Below are positions 1-15,101 of a DNA stretch of 64,000 nucleotides, piece by piece; the first letter of the stretch is position 1; every line of letters begins with the position of its first letter. Made by a program: the position numbers and the translations under genes. The DNA comes from Eledone cirrhosa. Lineage: Eukaryota. The notes under the pieces are model-generated. The model was not told where the DNA came from. It worked only from the letters and a program-made list of their open reading frames with translations, and did no database searches. The stretch is taken from positions 42,656,001 to 42,720,000 of the forward strand of contig OZ024741.1 of assembly GCA_964016885.1 (NCBI GenBank). Reading direction: 5' to 3'.

Positions 1-704
1 CGATGGCTTTGATATACACGTTAAATTGACACTTTGAGGCACTTTGAGGAATTTACTTTACTATAGAACCTTAGCTAAATTACAACAGTACGAGAAAGGA
101 AATATTTAGTACTATCGTTAAGATTAAGCGTAAATTTATAGGTGTTTGAAAATTAGTAAAATGAAAAAAATAGTAATTTAGTGAATGAGGCGCTCTTCCC
201 GGGCCATAGTGCAATTGATAACAAGATTTCTCTCTGATGAGGAGAAAGAGTAATAGATTATAAATGCTTAGCTTTTTAGAAAAGTGTAAGGATAAAGAAA
301 AGTAACAAATACATGGATACTGTTTGACATATATACGCCGAAATTATTCTTTCTCTCGTTGGGTGTTTTCACTCTTGAATTGAATTTTAGCACAATAACA
401 TTTCTACAGACTGGAAATAGTTGATAAGGATAAAATCTCTTTTAATAGCGTGTGTATGCACCTGACTGGCTTGGTACTTTCAGGTCAGTTAGTCTACTAA
501 CTCTTTCTTCTTGCATCTTGGCCTCTCTAGCCCCTCGCCGCCAAGAATGTAATAAATAAAATACACGACATTTAGCAGGACTAAACCATCCATCTGACCT
601 AAGGTACCCCACTCCCCAGATCTCTGACCACACTCAGAGAAAAAACACAAAACAAACAACAAAGTTTAAACAACATTTGCTTCGACTGTACGCCCATATG
701 GACT

Positions 705-803
705 GTACCCCATGATAAGTTCAACTAGATTCCCGCCGTTCGAATAATGGCGCTTTATTTCGGATCTAGCCTTCGAAACGGTTGGATCTCAGCTGTCGGG
801 GTC
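705..803 (+). ncRNA. degenerate type I hammerhead ribozyme motif (PLE-associated, family B)
   Basis: acccc-atgataa (decayed CUGAUGA)-long stem II (ctagattc/ggatctag)-GAAA-cggttg gatct cagctg-UC-ggggt; stems I and III pair by eye. Confidence 0.5.
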
Positions 804-826
804 CTGAATCTTTTCATATATATATG

Positions 827-1184
827 TAGAATAGAAAACGAAAAATCAGTGATGCATCTGAACTCAATGTATTGTGTGTTACAATTGTTTCCCCGGTGGA
901 CAGCTCGAGACGCGATCATTGTGTGGATCTGTCTGATTCTGGACCCGCAGGTTCGACGGACACGTCTAATGATTTCGGAGCATATTCTCTCACTATGTGA
1001 GAATCAGACAGATCCACACAATGATCGTGTCTCGAGCTGTCCGCCGGGGAAACAATTGTAACACAATAAATTCAGTTCAGATGCATCACTGATTTTTCGT
1101 TTTCTATTCTATGATACTCTGCTCTGTAAGAGCATAGAGTGCTCAACCGGCATACCGCCTATGGAAGCATCCTAGCTTCCATCA
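827..1184. mobile_element. foldback insert (family A), likely PLE pLTR remnant
   Basis: Inverted arms 827-940 and 1000-1111 plus a ~70 nt one-sided tail, between microsatellites; same sequence at 50367-50526 and a diverged relative at 60297-60560. Confidence 0.65.
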
Positions 1185-1342
<158 letters not shown>

Positions 1343-1349
1343 CACATAT

Positions 1350-1806
1350 ATAATTCTTGTATGCTTGTGAGTCTTAGACAATAACAGCAGATATGGAAAG
1401 GAGAATCCAGGTCATGGAGATGGGATGCTTCAGAAAGCTCCTTGGCATCCCCAACCGCATCTCCAATGAGGAGGTGCGAAACAAAATTTGCCAAGCTATA
1501 GGGTCCTACGATGTCCTGCTGACCATTGTAAAAAAATTCAAATTGAGATAGTACGGGCACGAGACAAGATCTTCAGGGTTTGCTAAAACTGTCCTGCAGG
1601 GAACAGTACAAGGAGTGAAGAAGAGAGGCAGACAGAAAAATAGATGGGAGGACAAGATGCCGGAATGGGCCGGCATGAGCCTGGGTGCAACAATAAGGAA
1701 GGAGATGCGCTAGAGGAACTGAAGGAGTTGGTTGACAAGTCATCTAAGGTGCCCCAACAATCCACCAGACTACGGGAGAGATGATATGATATGATATAAT
1801 ATGATA

Positions 1807-1812
<6 letters not shown>
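1350..1812 (+). mobile_element. RTE-clade LINE 3' fragment (decayed)
   Basis: Translates to [56 protein letters not shown], an RTE C-terminal motif; (ATGAT)n tail. Confidence 0.8.
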
Positions 1813-1880
<68 letters not shown>

Positions 1881-1882
<2 letters not shown>

Positions 1883-2006
1883 CGAATGAGATGTGGTAAG
1901 GAACCAGGTGGACCATAACGCACCAAAGTACTCAATACTTGAGGTAGTAGAGTGGGTAATTAGCCGTCGAAACGGCTTGAGCTCAGCTGTCGGGGTCTTA
2001 CTGGTT

Positions 2007-2041
<35 letters not shown>

Positions 2042-2063
2042 AATATATATATATATACATATA

Positions 2064-2142
<79 letters not shown>

Positions 2143-2307
2143 TTGTGGTAAGGAACCAGATGAACCATAACGCACCAGAGTACTCAGTACTTAGGGTAGT
2201 AAAGTGGGTAATAGGAAAATGTATGACCCCGATTTCTGGACTAAATTAGTCCAGAAGTAGCCGTCGAAACGGCTTGAGCTCTGCCGTCGGGGTCATACAT
2301 TTTCCTA
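1881..2307. mobile_element. two short family-B PLE terminal fragments in (TA)n/(GA)n
   Basis: 1881-2010 and 2143-2307 share gtggtaaggaacca..gtagagtgggtaat joined to an inverted gccgtcgaaacggcttgagctc..gtcggggtc (hammerhead 3' half). Confidence 0.6.
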
Positions 2308-2320
2308 TATATATATATAT

Positions 2321-2358
2321 ATTGTTATACTTTGGGAGGGTCAAATTCAGAAACGAAA
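2321..2358. mobile_element. minimal 38-bp insertion of the main PLE family
   Basis: attgttatactttgggagggtca (inverted pLTR end) fused to aattcagaaacgaaa (tail end), flanked by (TA)n; both parts match 18174 and 18765-18780. Confidence 0.75.
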
Positions 2359-2995
2359 TATATATATATATATATATAAGGTGGCTGCCAACTCGTTTTC
2401 GAGTACGGCCACTACTTTATATTCATGTAGGAGAACCTCTACCGATGCGCTGAACGAGTGTGACTTTTTAGTCCAGCCAGCGACTTGGTACAAACGCTAC
2501 ACTTGTGACAATTATTGACACATAGTGCTGGGCCCATGGTACCATGTGACGACAAGTGCAGAGAGATCTCCATATATAAAGCAATGCCTGTGCTGTGAAG
2601 CTTTTATAGTGAGCAAAGACACAGCACAAAGCCAGTCCCACTCTCTTTACCAAGATGATATTTACCAAAAAGAAGAACAAGTCAATATCATTGGATACCA
2701 TCAGGGTTGCAGGTGTTATATCAGAGTTTTCCTTCTCCTAGAATTCTGCCTTGACAAAGGCTAAGGGGTCATCTCTCCCGGTGATTTTGGATGGCCATTG
2801 ACTCTTAAGAGCTCCTTTGCCCTTTGACAGGTTTTGTTTTTAGTCCTGCAGGATGTCCAAAGTCACCCTCCTCACCAAGAAACCTTGGTGGGGTTGCCAG
2901 TTTAGTCGCCAACGACCCGACCATGAGACAGGTTGTACTTGGATACATGTTACCAGTAGCACCAACTAGTGACCTGACATAACTAATATATATAT

Positions 2996-3037
<42 letters not shown>

Positions 3038-4005
3038 GTATATATATATATAAGAGTGTGAATGTGAATATGTATGTATATGTGTGTATTAGCGTATAGC
3101 ATCCAACGCAGAATAAACATAACAATCGCCACAAAAATCCCTCTAAACCACTTACCACCCAACCACCTACACACTAAGCTGCAGCTTCACATTACAGCCA
3201 TTGTTAACTTAGTTCCTATTACTTTAGGTCTACTCTTACAAATATTTCTAATCAATCCTGTCCAAATTATCTTAGAAAATAAACAGTAAAATACTGTACG
3301 CTGAGCTAGATGATGTTATAGTTGTAGCTCACTAGAGAGGTTATGATCGCTTGAAGTAAGTATCTGATATTAGAGGTGAGTCGGTAAATGATATCAGTGG
3401 AAGTTGACCAATTAGAGTTTAAGGATTGGTGGGATGGTCTTGATTAATGATAATAATCCAATTAGTTCAGTATATTCTACTTAAATTTGTCTTTGGCTTC
3501 AAATATTTTTTAAATTTTGAGCAACAGATGAAACGGTAAGTAAGCTTAATTAGATGTTAAGAAAGAAGAAATCATCTTTCTGGCGTCCATTATCGTTACC
3601 GAAGATTTGAAGCTATTCAATTCGTTGGCGACACTTCAGTGTGGCACATTATAAGTTAGTTTTATTTACAGTGTGATCATAGTTGTACGTAGGAGGTGGT
3701 GCATTATTTCAAGATAAGATGTTATATTACAGTTAGGGATGGGGATCATTGGAGTGACCATTGTAAGAGTAATAAAAGTTAAGATTTGATGGCGATAATC
3801 TATATGTTGCTTTGGAGGTAATTTCTGTATATTCGTAGCACGTACATTGATTGGGAGTTAGTGAGATCTAACTATACAGATGGATGCATCGGGATCCCGA
3901 TAAGAACATTATGTATTACATTCTACCTTTTGGTTATAAGCATTTCTATTACTACATCTGTGTGGAGATTTATTGTATATTCTAGATAAATAGAGTAATA
4001 CTTAT

Positions 4006-4125
<120 letters not shown>

Positions 4126-4162
4126 ATATATATATACATATATATACATATATACATATATA

Positions 4163-4342
4163 TGAAAAAGTATGACCCCGACGGCAGAGCTCAAGCCGTT
4201 TCGACGGCAATTTCTGGACTGAAATAGCCGTCGAAACGGCTTGAGCTCTGCCGTCGGGGTTATACTTTTTCCTATTTCCCATTCTACTACCCTAAGTATT
4301 GTGCACTCTGGTCCATCTGGTTCCTTACCACAATTCGTTTGT
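4163..4342. mobile_element. family-B foldback with hammerhead stem III halves and tail
   Basis: Inverted arms gaaaagtatgaccccgacggcagagctcaagccgtttcgacggc / gccgtcgaaacggcttgagctctgccgtcggggttatacttttt, then a tail matching 1881-1960 reversed. Confidence 0.65.
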
Positions 4343-4436
<94 letters not shown>

Positions 4437-4768
4437 TGAGAGAGAGAGATTGAGAGAGAGAGAGAGTGAGAGAAAAGTGATACACATAAGCTTATTGAAC
4501 AACTATACATTTATGCAGTATGTGTATTTGCGCAGACGGATTTTGTTCCTATATATATTTACTGTGAAACCCAACACACCGCAGCTAACAGCAGTGTTGT
4601 TTCTAATGAGATATTAAAAAGTATATGTGGAATATATAAAGAAGTTATAAATTAGTTGCAGAAATGTTAACAATAAAATACTCAAACAACGTTAATAACT
4701 ACTGCAAGATTAAAAATAAATCGAAATAAAGTAGAATTCTTGAATATACATGCATATATATATATATA

Positions 4769-4811
4769 TTTCGTTTCTGAATTTGTTGGCAACATGACCT
4801 TCCCAAAGTAT

Positions 4812-4817
<6 letters not shown>
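4769..4817. mobile_element. minimal 49-bp insertion of the main PLE family
   Basis: tttcgtttctgaatttgtt (reverse tail end) + ggcaacatgaccttcccaaagtataacaat (pLTR end) in (TA)n. Confidence 0.75.
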
Positions 4818-4905
<88 letters not shown>

Positions 4906-4908
4906 ATA

Positions 4909-4973
4909 TATTATTGTTTATATATATATTTGTATGTATATATGTATATATATGTATTTATATATCTAAATAG

Positions 4974-5008
<35 letters not shown>

Positions 5009-5063
5009 TATATATATATTTGTATGTATATATGTATATATATGTATTTATATATCTAAATAG

Positions 5064-5116
<53 letters not shown>

Positions 5117-5171
5117 TATATATATATTTGTATGTATATATGTATATATATGTATTTATATATCTAAATAG

Positions 5172-5216
<45 letters not shown>

Positions 5217-5276
5217 TATATATATATTTGTATGTATATATGTATATATATGTATTTATATATCTAAATAGTTATA
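4909..5276. repeat. tandem ~100-bp compound microsatellite units
   Basis: tgtttatatatatatttgtatgtatatatgtatatatatgtatttatatatctaaatagtta(ta)n repeated four times. Confidence 0.85.
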
Positions 5277-5320
5277 TATATATATATATGTATATGCATA
5301 CATATATATATGTACATACA

Positions 5321-5366
<46 letters not shown>

Positions 5367-5619
5367 AATGAAAGGTATAGAAATTGTTTTAGCGATAAGC
5401 TAACAGTATTCCATAACATATATGCGACTATGTCGTCAAGATGAGAAAAATAGTTAACGTAAGATGTAGGAAAAATAATTCAAACTCATCTCAAAAGAGA
5501 ATCAGGATATAAATTCATCCACAGAATTTAGTGAAATCCAGGGAAAAATCAATAGAGCCTTAACTCATGATAAAATAAAGTCTAAAATACTTATCCTTCA
5601 ATTTGGAAAAACATCAAAT

Positions 5620-5698
5620 GTTCTGTATAGTCTTGAAGACTATTTCATGAAAACTGTCAGTGGAGATGGTCACGGTTGGAATTCATCATCAGCCGAGC
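5620..5698 (-). ncRNA. type I hammerhead ribozyme motif
   Basis: Minus strand: gctcgg-CUGAUGA-tgaa..ttca-t-GAAA-tagtc ttcaa gacta-UA-cagaac; intact core and stem III, stem I has 2 mismatches. Confidence 0.55.
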
Positions 5699-5810
5699 TC
5701 AACTCGATAACCAGGACTCTCACAGAATTATAAGCCAAAAAGGGAATTCTAAAACTGGCTAGTTCACCATCATGCGTGATTATGAAAAACGCACATAAGG
5801 AAAAACAGGG

Positions 5811-5884
<74 letters not shown>

Positions 5885-7619
5885 CAATAGTAAATTGTAT
5901 ATATATACAATAGTAAATAGAATATATATATATATACAATAGTAAATAGAAAATATACAGAACAAAAAGGCAGGAAACTAACTTGAAAAACTTATGGCAA
6001 TCTTAACAATCTATTTCTGAATTTTTCTATGAAAAAAATATTTACTTATTTTTGCATATCTTATCTTGCTTATTTTCATGTGTTTTAATTTTGGTTTTTA
6101 AATATTTGAGTTTATTTTACGTTAAATTAAGTCAGATTTTTCTTTGCTTTACTGATTTGAAGTGTCACAGTTATTTTAACATATGTATTCCTGTTCTTTA
6201 ACACTTCTAGCTAGGATGGTAGAGTGTCAAAATGTATGCTTTACAGATTTTAAAGTTTGTTGCAAAAAATAGTAAGAAAAATGTTTAGGTTTGTTTTCTT
6301 TTAAAATTCGTTGTTTCTTTCTATATTATATTGCTTGCGATCAGATTCAGGCGTGGTAGAGTGGTGAAGATATCTACTCCGTAATAATAATATACTTGGT
6401 TATTCTATTTAATCATTTTTGAAGAAATAATTGCGACAGTTTTTCATGAGCTACTAGCAATTTATATATTTTACTTCTTTCCTCCATTACCACTCTGCTT
6501 TCTAACAACCTATACGACCCCTTGTTTTCCAGTGCTCCTTTCAATCCTCATAGTACCTCTATAACGCCATAGTGCCGTTTTGGGAATCACGCTCATAACA
6601 ATATGTTTACAGATTATAAATATATTTAATTTGGCTATGAGTATTTTACACTGAGATCAGGTCAGACATATCCCAACACTGAGGTAAGCATGATGGATAC
6701 ATGAATGTGACTGTTGTTTCACTTCGAAAGCATTAATTTACTTATATTTTAAAAAGAAATCTATACGACAAAACTGTCTTTCATACTATCTGACAAGCTG
6801 TAACACACGCGTTAAACCTTCTTATAACAACTCTTACGCATAAAATAATTTAAATGTAGGGTGCTCCAAAATCACGTACGTAACAGATGAATAAGACAGA
6901 TGGTTTTTAATTTTGTCAAAACCGCGGCATATTGTCGGGATTGAGGGAATTATATTGAGCCCCAGTATTTCACTGTCGACCACAGTGGGATTTGAGCTCA
7001 GTCCACATAGAATGAATACTACAAAACATTCCATATCATGCTCTAAGGACTTTAACAATTTACCGTCACCTTATCTTTAAAAAAAATCTATGAGACAACG
7101 GAAGGATGAATAGCAAAGACGACATCGGCGGGATTTGAACACAGTCGACAGAAAATATATTACGCAACGCATTCTGTCCTGCACTCTAATAATCTGCCAT
7201 TTTGCCCTCGCTTTGCATTTATGTTTGTTTCACCTTAAACGATGTAAAACTAATTTCTTTAATAAAATAATATATAACACCATTTAGCCTGGTTGCCTCC
7301 TGATATTGATCTCCAGTTAAAATTATTTCATTTCCCTTATAACATAAATATTCTTAGCTAAAGGCATAGATGTCACATCTCACATTCTATTTTCCTTTAA
7401 ATATATCGGATTCCATATCTAAAATTAGACAAAATAAAACACGTTTCTTACTCGCTAGAAATATGATGACTCGAAGATATGGTAAAGACACTTGCCTATA
7501 CGTCACACATTCAGATGAAAGGCGTCAGCTCATGATTGCAAAGTATAGTTCAGAACTGCTGTGCCAGGCCTGCGCCATAATTGATACACACACCCACATA
7601 TACAACCCCATACACACAG

Positions 7620-7653
<34 letters not shown>

Positions 7654-7670
7654 ACACACGCACACACACT

Positions 7671-7706
<36 letters not shown>

Positions 7707-7959
7707 ATACAAGGACGATTGTATATGTATATACACAACAGACTTCTGCACAATTTCCCTATACTATCTACCAAAAACCTATTGGTTTAACACACAGACA
7801 CACACATATGTATATATATATAATAAGTGGTTCAGTATATTCGTGGTTTAATGAGGAAGGTACCAAAATCTTCACTCCATGCTAAGGCAGAGTGTATATG
7901 ATCAAAATAAAGCGAGTTTTCACATCAGGCTTGAACGGGTTGGATGAAGCGCAAAACCT

Positions 7960-8125
7960 AAGTTTCAAGGGCATTAGAGGGTAGATGATTACCCACTGAC
8001 CCTGCAGCAACGTGAAATGAAGTGCCTTGCTCAAAGACAAAATATGTCACATGGTCTGGGGATCAAACTATACAGCCTTATTATCATGACCCAAATACCT
8101 TAACTACTAGGCTACATGCCTTCAA
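7960..8125 (-). mobile_element. tRNA-derived SINE, second family (decayed)
   Basis: aagtgccttgctcaaagac..cttaactactaggctacatgcc; similar to the copy at 45150-45372. Confidence 0.5.
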
Positions 8126-8159
8126 CAGAACCAGCGCTATGTCAGAAGACGACACATAA

Positions 8160-8572
8160 TAATGGTTTCTAATTTAGGCACATGACCTAAAATTTTGTGA
8201 GGAGGATGTGTGGAAGTCGATTAAATCGGCCCCAGTGCGTTACAGGTACTTTATTTTATCGACCCTGTAAGGATGAAAGGCAAAGCTAACCTCGGCAGGA
8301 TTTGAAATCAGAACGTAAAGGGCCATAAATCTATGCTGAAAAGTATGGTGTCTGACGCTCTACCAATACTGCCAATCCAGCAGCACATATTAATAATTGT
8401 TTCTGATTTTGTCACAAGGCCAGCAGTTATCCAGTACATTACTGGTACTTTATTTTATCGACCTCGTAAGGATGAAAGGCAAAGTTAACCTCGGCGGGAT
8501 TTGAACTCAGATCGTAGAGGGACGTAACTATGCTGGAAAGCATGGCGTCCAACTCTCTACCTATACTGCCAA
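8160..8572 (-). mobile_element. two tandem copies of the dominant tRNA-derived SINE
   Basis: Reverse complement of gagttcaaatcccgccgaggttaactttgcctttcatcc..ggtcgataaaataaagtaccag (B-box-like head plus conserved core). Confidence 0.85.
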
Positions 8573-8723
8573 TAACGATTGTACATTATACTTGGAAATA
8601 AAAGAAAATTGTTAGAACATTTTTTCTCGGGCATTGTATGTTATTGCATTCACGACTTTAATGGCGGTCAAACTAGATTGACAAAATATTTTCTTTAGAC
8701 TCTGTAAATTCTAAATAAATGTA

Positions 8724-8836
<113 letters not shown>

Positions 8837-11613
8837 TGATGTGTATGAACGAATGCGTGTATGTATTTTTGTGTGAGTATATATGCATCTAGTCCTCTAT
8901 GGTTATGTATGGCAATATGTGTCTATATGACACTTGATGTATATATGTATGATTGTGTACGTGGGCTATGTGTTTGCGCGCATAGATTTATGCTGTATGT
9001 ATGTGGGATGTGTATGTATTTGTGCGCGTGTGGTGTGTATACGTGTATTGCAATGGGTTCTTGTGTATGTTAGTGTGTGTGTTTATATCCTGCTTGATAT
9101 GTATGGATGTGTATAGGAGTATGTTTGTGTGTTTATATGTGATTGGATGTATATAATTATGCATGTGTACGGGAGTATGTGTTTCTGTGCGTGTGTTTAT
9201 GCAGTATATGTGGCGTGTTTGTTTATTGCGATCGGTATATGTGTATGTGTGCGCGCGTATGTCTATTTCAATATGTACCTATATATGTGTGTATACATTT
9301 ATATCTGTATTCCAATGTGTATTTGTCTGTATTAGCATGTGCGTACCATAGTATTACTATGGGTATTTATGTATGTGTGGGAGTGTTGCATGTGTGTATG
9401 TGTGTGTATTTCAGAGTACTATATAAACATGAATTAAAAATGAGATTTCAATTATATATATATGGAGAGAGAGTGGAATGAGAAAGACAGAAAGAGAGAG
9501 AGAGGGGAGAGAGTGAGAGAATTGACTATGCGTCTATCCGTGTCTATAAGCCTATATATGTTTGTGTATGGGAGAGAGCGTTTGATTTATAAAGAAATAT
9601 TCCACTAAAATTCCGTTCAACGCTTTCTAAATATACAAAAACAAAAACAAACATAAAATAAAATATATATGAAAATAAATTAATTATACAAAATAATAAA
9701 TACGTAAATATTTCTAAAAAAAAATGCGTTGAAGAAAAACTAGAATGAACATTTTTCGAAACAGAAAAAAATCAAAACCCCGATTGATTTATGAAAATTA
9801 CGAAAAAACAAACAAATATTTTGACAAGATAGGCCAATAATCTTTGTAAATGTCAGTTCTTTTATTCCGATTTTGATTCAGAACTTTAAATGAAAAGTGT
9901 TGTAAAGAGTACGATGGGGCGTGCAGTATGATGAGGGTGAATTGGGATATGTGTTGTTGCCCCCCAGCACAATGTCGATACAGCCTATGTAACCCAAACA
10001 ACAACACACATCAAAACATTCCCAACAGATTTATTCTCATTTTCAATTGTGTTCTCCTGAAACTGAAAGGTTAAGTCAACTAAAAAAGGGCAGACATGAA
10101 AAGAGAGAGAAAAAAGAAATAATAATGAAAGAAAAAATGAAATTGAAAAAATATAAAATCAATAATAAAAAGGGGAAATAAAATAACCAACAGCAATAAA
10201 CGAAAACAAATGAGTTAATAATGAAATGAGCAGCTCGTACCAAATGATTTTTCTAAAAGACAGCCAACAAATAAAGGTAATAGAGAACAACAATGGAAAA
10301 TAAATACGATGATTGAAAGAATCAGCTCATATCCTGGACTCTGGTAACCTTCTACATTAGCCTAACACAGATGAACACCATATGCAACCATGATCACTTA
10401 ACTCCTGTCTTATTGACATACGGCGTTTCTTGGGCATTCTAAAAACCTGACGGTGCCAAAACCTCTCTCCGGGCCAGAAAACAGCAGATTTCCTCCAGCG
10501 AAGGGTAGAGAAGGTGAGAGAATAGAAATGAGAAATAAAGGAAGAATCGACCCCAGGACTAGACCGGTATCTTTTTATCCACCTTCATTGGATAAAAAGC
10601 AAAGCTGACCTCGGGAGGATTTGAACCCAGAGAGCAGGCAATCGAAACGAATACTTTAAAGCATTTTATCCGACATTCTAACGAATCTGCCAATTTGCCA
10701 CCTTTGAACACCATGTAAAAGCCTTTAATCAAGAAATTAGGCGTACTTCTTAGGGTGTGGTATTAACTATCTTGGCATTTGTTCCGGTCTTCTGCTTTTC
10801 GTAAATTACACCTGTGCTGTATCTGTGTGTTCGTTTTCCTATTAGTAATACAATTTCATCATTGTATTTACTATAAAATGTAGCCTCTGTTATGGACAAA
10901 GTGTCTTCTTATATGCATAGACACTACTAATCAATACTGTTATGTCATCAGAGTGAGATGATCCGAATTTTATTCCAGAATTAGGATGAATAGAGCCAAA
11001 GATCAGAATCAATCATACCACATATCCAGGTAAATAAGTGCCGTTTGATAAACCATAAATCAACAGAAGTCACATTGATTGGAAAAATAGATTTTCGATT
11101 AAATGATTTTACAACAACGTCAAATCTTCGTGTGATTAAATATTTAGTGTTGTTTTATTTTAGATTTTAATATGAATTATACGTTTTATAGTGTTTCGTA
11201 CTAAGATGTACTTTGAATAAAAGATTCGACTATGTTACGGAGAAGACAAATATTTACATTTGGATAAATTCACATTTTGAAAGTAAGAGCATTTTAGACC
11301 TGGCAAATCTCGGCGTTCGACGAGGAGATCACCCACGCACTTTGTAAAATCTCCCCATATTGCCTCACATCTCCCCGTTTGGGTCACTTGTTTTCATGGT
11401 ACTCCCCCGTTTGGGTGTTTAGTGGTTGGTAGGTCAGGAATAAGAGTAATTTTGCAACAATAGAAAGTGATTTGTACAGGTAAAGTAATGTTAGTGTGAC
11501 ATGTATTGGAGTTATTCGCAAGAAATAAATACATAAATTAAACACATCCATATGCACACACAAACACACTCTCACAAAATACACACAAATACGCACACAC
11601 GCACACACACACA

Positions 11614-11662
<49 letters not shown>

Positions 11663-11703
11663 ACACACACACATATATACATATATATATTATAAAGAGA
11701 TAG

Positions 11704-11870
11704 GACCTGGACGGTTGGGCACTTGCCATTTCAACAGCTAGTAGGTGTTGAAACGGCAAGAGCTCAGCCGTCGGTGTCCCGATTCTTTATAAAATAATCA
11801 TACTCTACTACTCCAAGTATCGAGTACATTGTTGATTAATGGTCTAACCTGAATCAAACTGAATCTATCC
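11704..11870 (+). mobile_element. family-B-related PLE terminal fragment
   Basis: gaaacggcaagagctcagccgtcggtgtc (hammerhead stem III + GUC) with a degenerate inverted copy and tail ctctactactccaagtatcgagtac; sister copy at 41545-41650. Confidence 0.55.
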
Positions 11871-11882
11871 CCATATATATAT

Positions 11883-12310
11883 ATACAAGAAAGTACGTCC
11901 ATAGAATCAATTGATAAAATATATACAGTATTTACTCTCCCAATCAGCATAATCAAACACACAAAAAATAAATGTTCTTCTAACTTTGATTTTGTACCTA
12001 ATTGTGTATGGTTGGCGATATATCTAATCAATTTCCACGGGCTATTAGAAATACTAGGTAAATATTCTGTGGCTGTTGATCGCGGATAAATAGCTATGGT
12101 GTATTTATCTATTATTTCTTCATAGGTGCCTTTTAATCTTATAGCCTTGTTTAATTGATTGTTTGTGTGGTTAATTATGCTGATTGCGAGAAGAAATACT
12201 GTATATATTTTATCAAATGATTCTATGGACTTACTTTCTTGTATATTGCTCTGATTGTTGATTATTTAATTAATTAATTCGCCATTGAGCCACACCGTGA
12301 ATGGATGCCC
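11883..12310. mobile_element. foldback insert with one-sided tail
   Basis: Inverted arms ~11883-11962 and ~12163-12246 (acaagaaagtacgtccatagaatca / tgattctatggacttactttcttgt). Confidence 0.6.
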
Positions 12311-12355
12311 AAAACACACATATATATCTATGGCTCTGTCTAGTTTATGCATATG

Positions 12356-12474
<119 letters not shown>

Positions 12475-12555
12475 AGATTTATATTACCCACTCTACTATT
12501 CCAAGTATCGAGTACTCTAGTGCGTTATGGTCCACTTGGTATCTTGAACCCTCTT

Positions 12556-12673
<118 letters not shown>

Positions 12674-13859
12674 ACGCGCGCACGTGGCTGTGTGTGTGTG
12701 CAAGAGATTTTGTTTAATTTCAATAAAGAGGAATTGAAGAAAGTAAAAGCGAAAGATCACCCGAAGTGGTACTTAATTATAATTTGGGGAAACCTCTCAT
12801 TGAAACTTGAATGTTTTCTTCACTACAGAAGCAACCTAGTGCTGCGAGAGAGAAAAACACACCAAGATTTCAATTAATATTCGTACGTTTTATCATCCCG
12901 GTGATCTTTGGTTGTATAAAATATTACAAAATCATATAATTGTATTTCAGTAGAAATACTTTTAAGAAGTCTATTACTTGGAACTTATAGAGTTGGTAAT
13001 GAATTATGTAAGTCTTGACACACCACCTCATAAAATTTGCACTGATCTGGCACATCACTTAATAAACGTTGCCATCCATTGGATTAACCGATTGAACTTA
13101 GAGATGTAAATTGACATACCACCACACTCATCAATTATACAATCGACTTAGATAAGTACTCTACCATTACGTTAACGTACTGTCTCTTAAATGAAAAGAG
13201 CACATTTTCCTTATATAAGAAAAGAAATTACACAAGGCTGACATATATTCAGTATTTCTCGTCTCACACAAGAAATGTATTTATTTTGATTTTGTTTGTT
13301 AGTGTTTGAATTTATATTATTTTTCTTTTTTTATATCTTACTGACTTATATGGTGATCGGTGTTGGTGATTTCTAAGGAGAGGAGACGTAGACCAGTGAC
13401 ATTCAAATCATTTTCCAGTTAGTTGTATAGAATGTCCATCGGACCTCGTTTTTGAATATAAAAATAAAAGCTGTTATAAACATTTTGTATAAGTTAGAAA
13501 ACCTTTAATTAGTTGTCTTGTGTACGCATGTATGTGTGTATATAGGCGGTAACGGTTAAAGCAGGAACCAGTCGATGAAATGTTGACACGCTTTCCTCGT
13601 ACGTCAGCTCTAACTCTCCGTACAGCTGAACCCCGGGTGTATGAATTCGCATGGTCTCAATGGACAAAATAGGGAAAGCAATAAGTCCGGAGGTGGTTGG
13701 TCGACGTAGAACGCTAGGGATTTCCAAGGCTATAGGTTAAACGACCAGCCTATCAGAAAGCGAGCTATACTTTAATGGGGGTAAACTAAATTTGAAGGCC
13801 TGATTAATCTGAAAGTGTGAAAAAAAGTAATATAAAGATTTACAAAATGAGGATGGTTG

Positions 13860-14730
13860 ATTTAAAATTTACAAGTAATTTAAACTGTGGATTTAAACGT
13901 AAAGGATTTCCAAATCCATGATATATACTATACTAAACTATACTATACAATAGAGTCTTACATGACTGTGGGAAGAATAACGATAGATGTGGTTCATATT
14001 GATCAGATTATAGTTATTATGCGATATGTTGTTTCTAGGAAGCTGGTAGAAAAGTATTTGACTTTCCTGCAGTCTGGCTCTTACATGTCTGAAATACTAT
14101 CTATTCCTCTGCTATGATTTTTAAAAGGTTATGGACTTGATTTTGATAATTGTAGAAGGCAGTCCTATACATACACTTATCATTGTGCACGAGAATCATG
14201 ATGACCCACAACTTACTATGTGCTCTCTGCCTACAGGTTGCATGGAGACGTGTTCTGAAGATGATGCTATTTGATGAGTTCATTGAAGATTTTGTAGATG
14301 TGGAAAGAAATACATTTTGTAGGTATTGTAGTTATATATATCACTATCAGTAGGTATAACTTACTGTAATTAGTTTAGGTTATGTTTTGCGTTAATAGAT
14401 GCGTTTAACCTTATCATGGAGGATTTGTTACGTTTGACCTAAATTAAAATCTTTGTGACATCGTTGACACTAACGTGTCACTATATTTATACATAACATT
14501 TAACATTTACCTATTGTGTATATATCATGTATATTTACATTTAACGCTTACGTATCTATCTATATTTATATAGTACATTTGTATTTACATTTGTATGTAT
14601 GTATAACTTGTCAATTCCAATTTCATGCAATAAGCAAGGGTGATATGTAAATTTGAGGGATTGCAATGTGTTAGAACTTTTGTGTAATGGCAATAGAGCT
14701 CGGGGCACCTCATGTTGGAATCCGGCCCTG
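13860..14730 (+). mobile_element. hAT-family DNA transposon remnant
   Basis: Peptides TIDVVHIDQIIVIMRYV..VEKYLTF, GLDFDNCRRQSY and FDEFIEDF resemble hAT transposase motifs; ends with atccggccctg (CAGGGCCGGAT-type TIR). Confidence 0.6.
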
Positions 14731-15019
14731 TTAGAATTACATAAATAATTTCATTTTCTCATACCTACTAAAAGTCATATTGCCAGCTAGCGGATATGCA
14801 TTTGAATTGGTAAATTTCTACAATTACATCAATCTCACGTTAGGAATGAAATACATTTTCCTTTCTTATTTTGTTTATGTTTTCAGCGAATCTATCCCCC
14901 AGTTGGAAAATAACGATAAAATAGGTGTAAGATCATGTACAATATATATGAGTCTGGCGAATAATCACGCATACACACACACTCACACACACACTCATAC
15001 ACACACACACACGCACACG

Positions 15020-15072
<53 letters not shown>

Positions 15073-15101
15073 CACACACACACATACATGCATCTATATA
15101 T

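Noticed and set aside
228-358. CUGAUGA at 235 with downstream GAAA, as a hammerhead
   Set aside because: Could not build consistent stems I-III
9890-10000. Slightly GC-richer unique stretch, as an exon or miRNA
   Set aside because: No clear splice sites, recognisable peptide or hairpin
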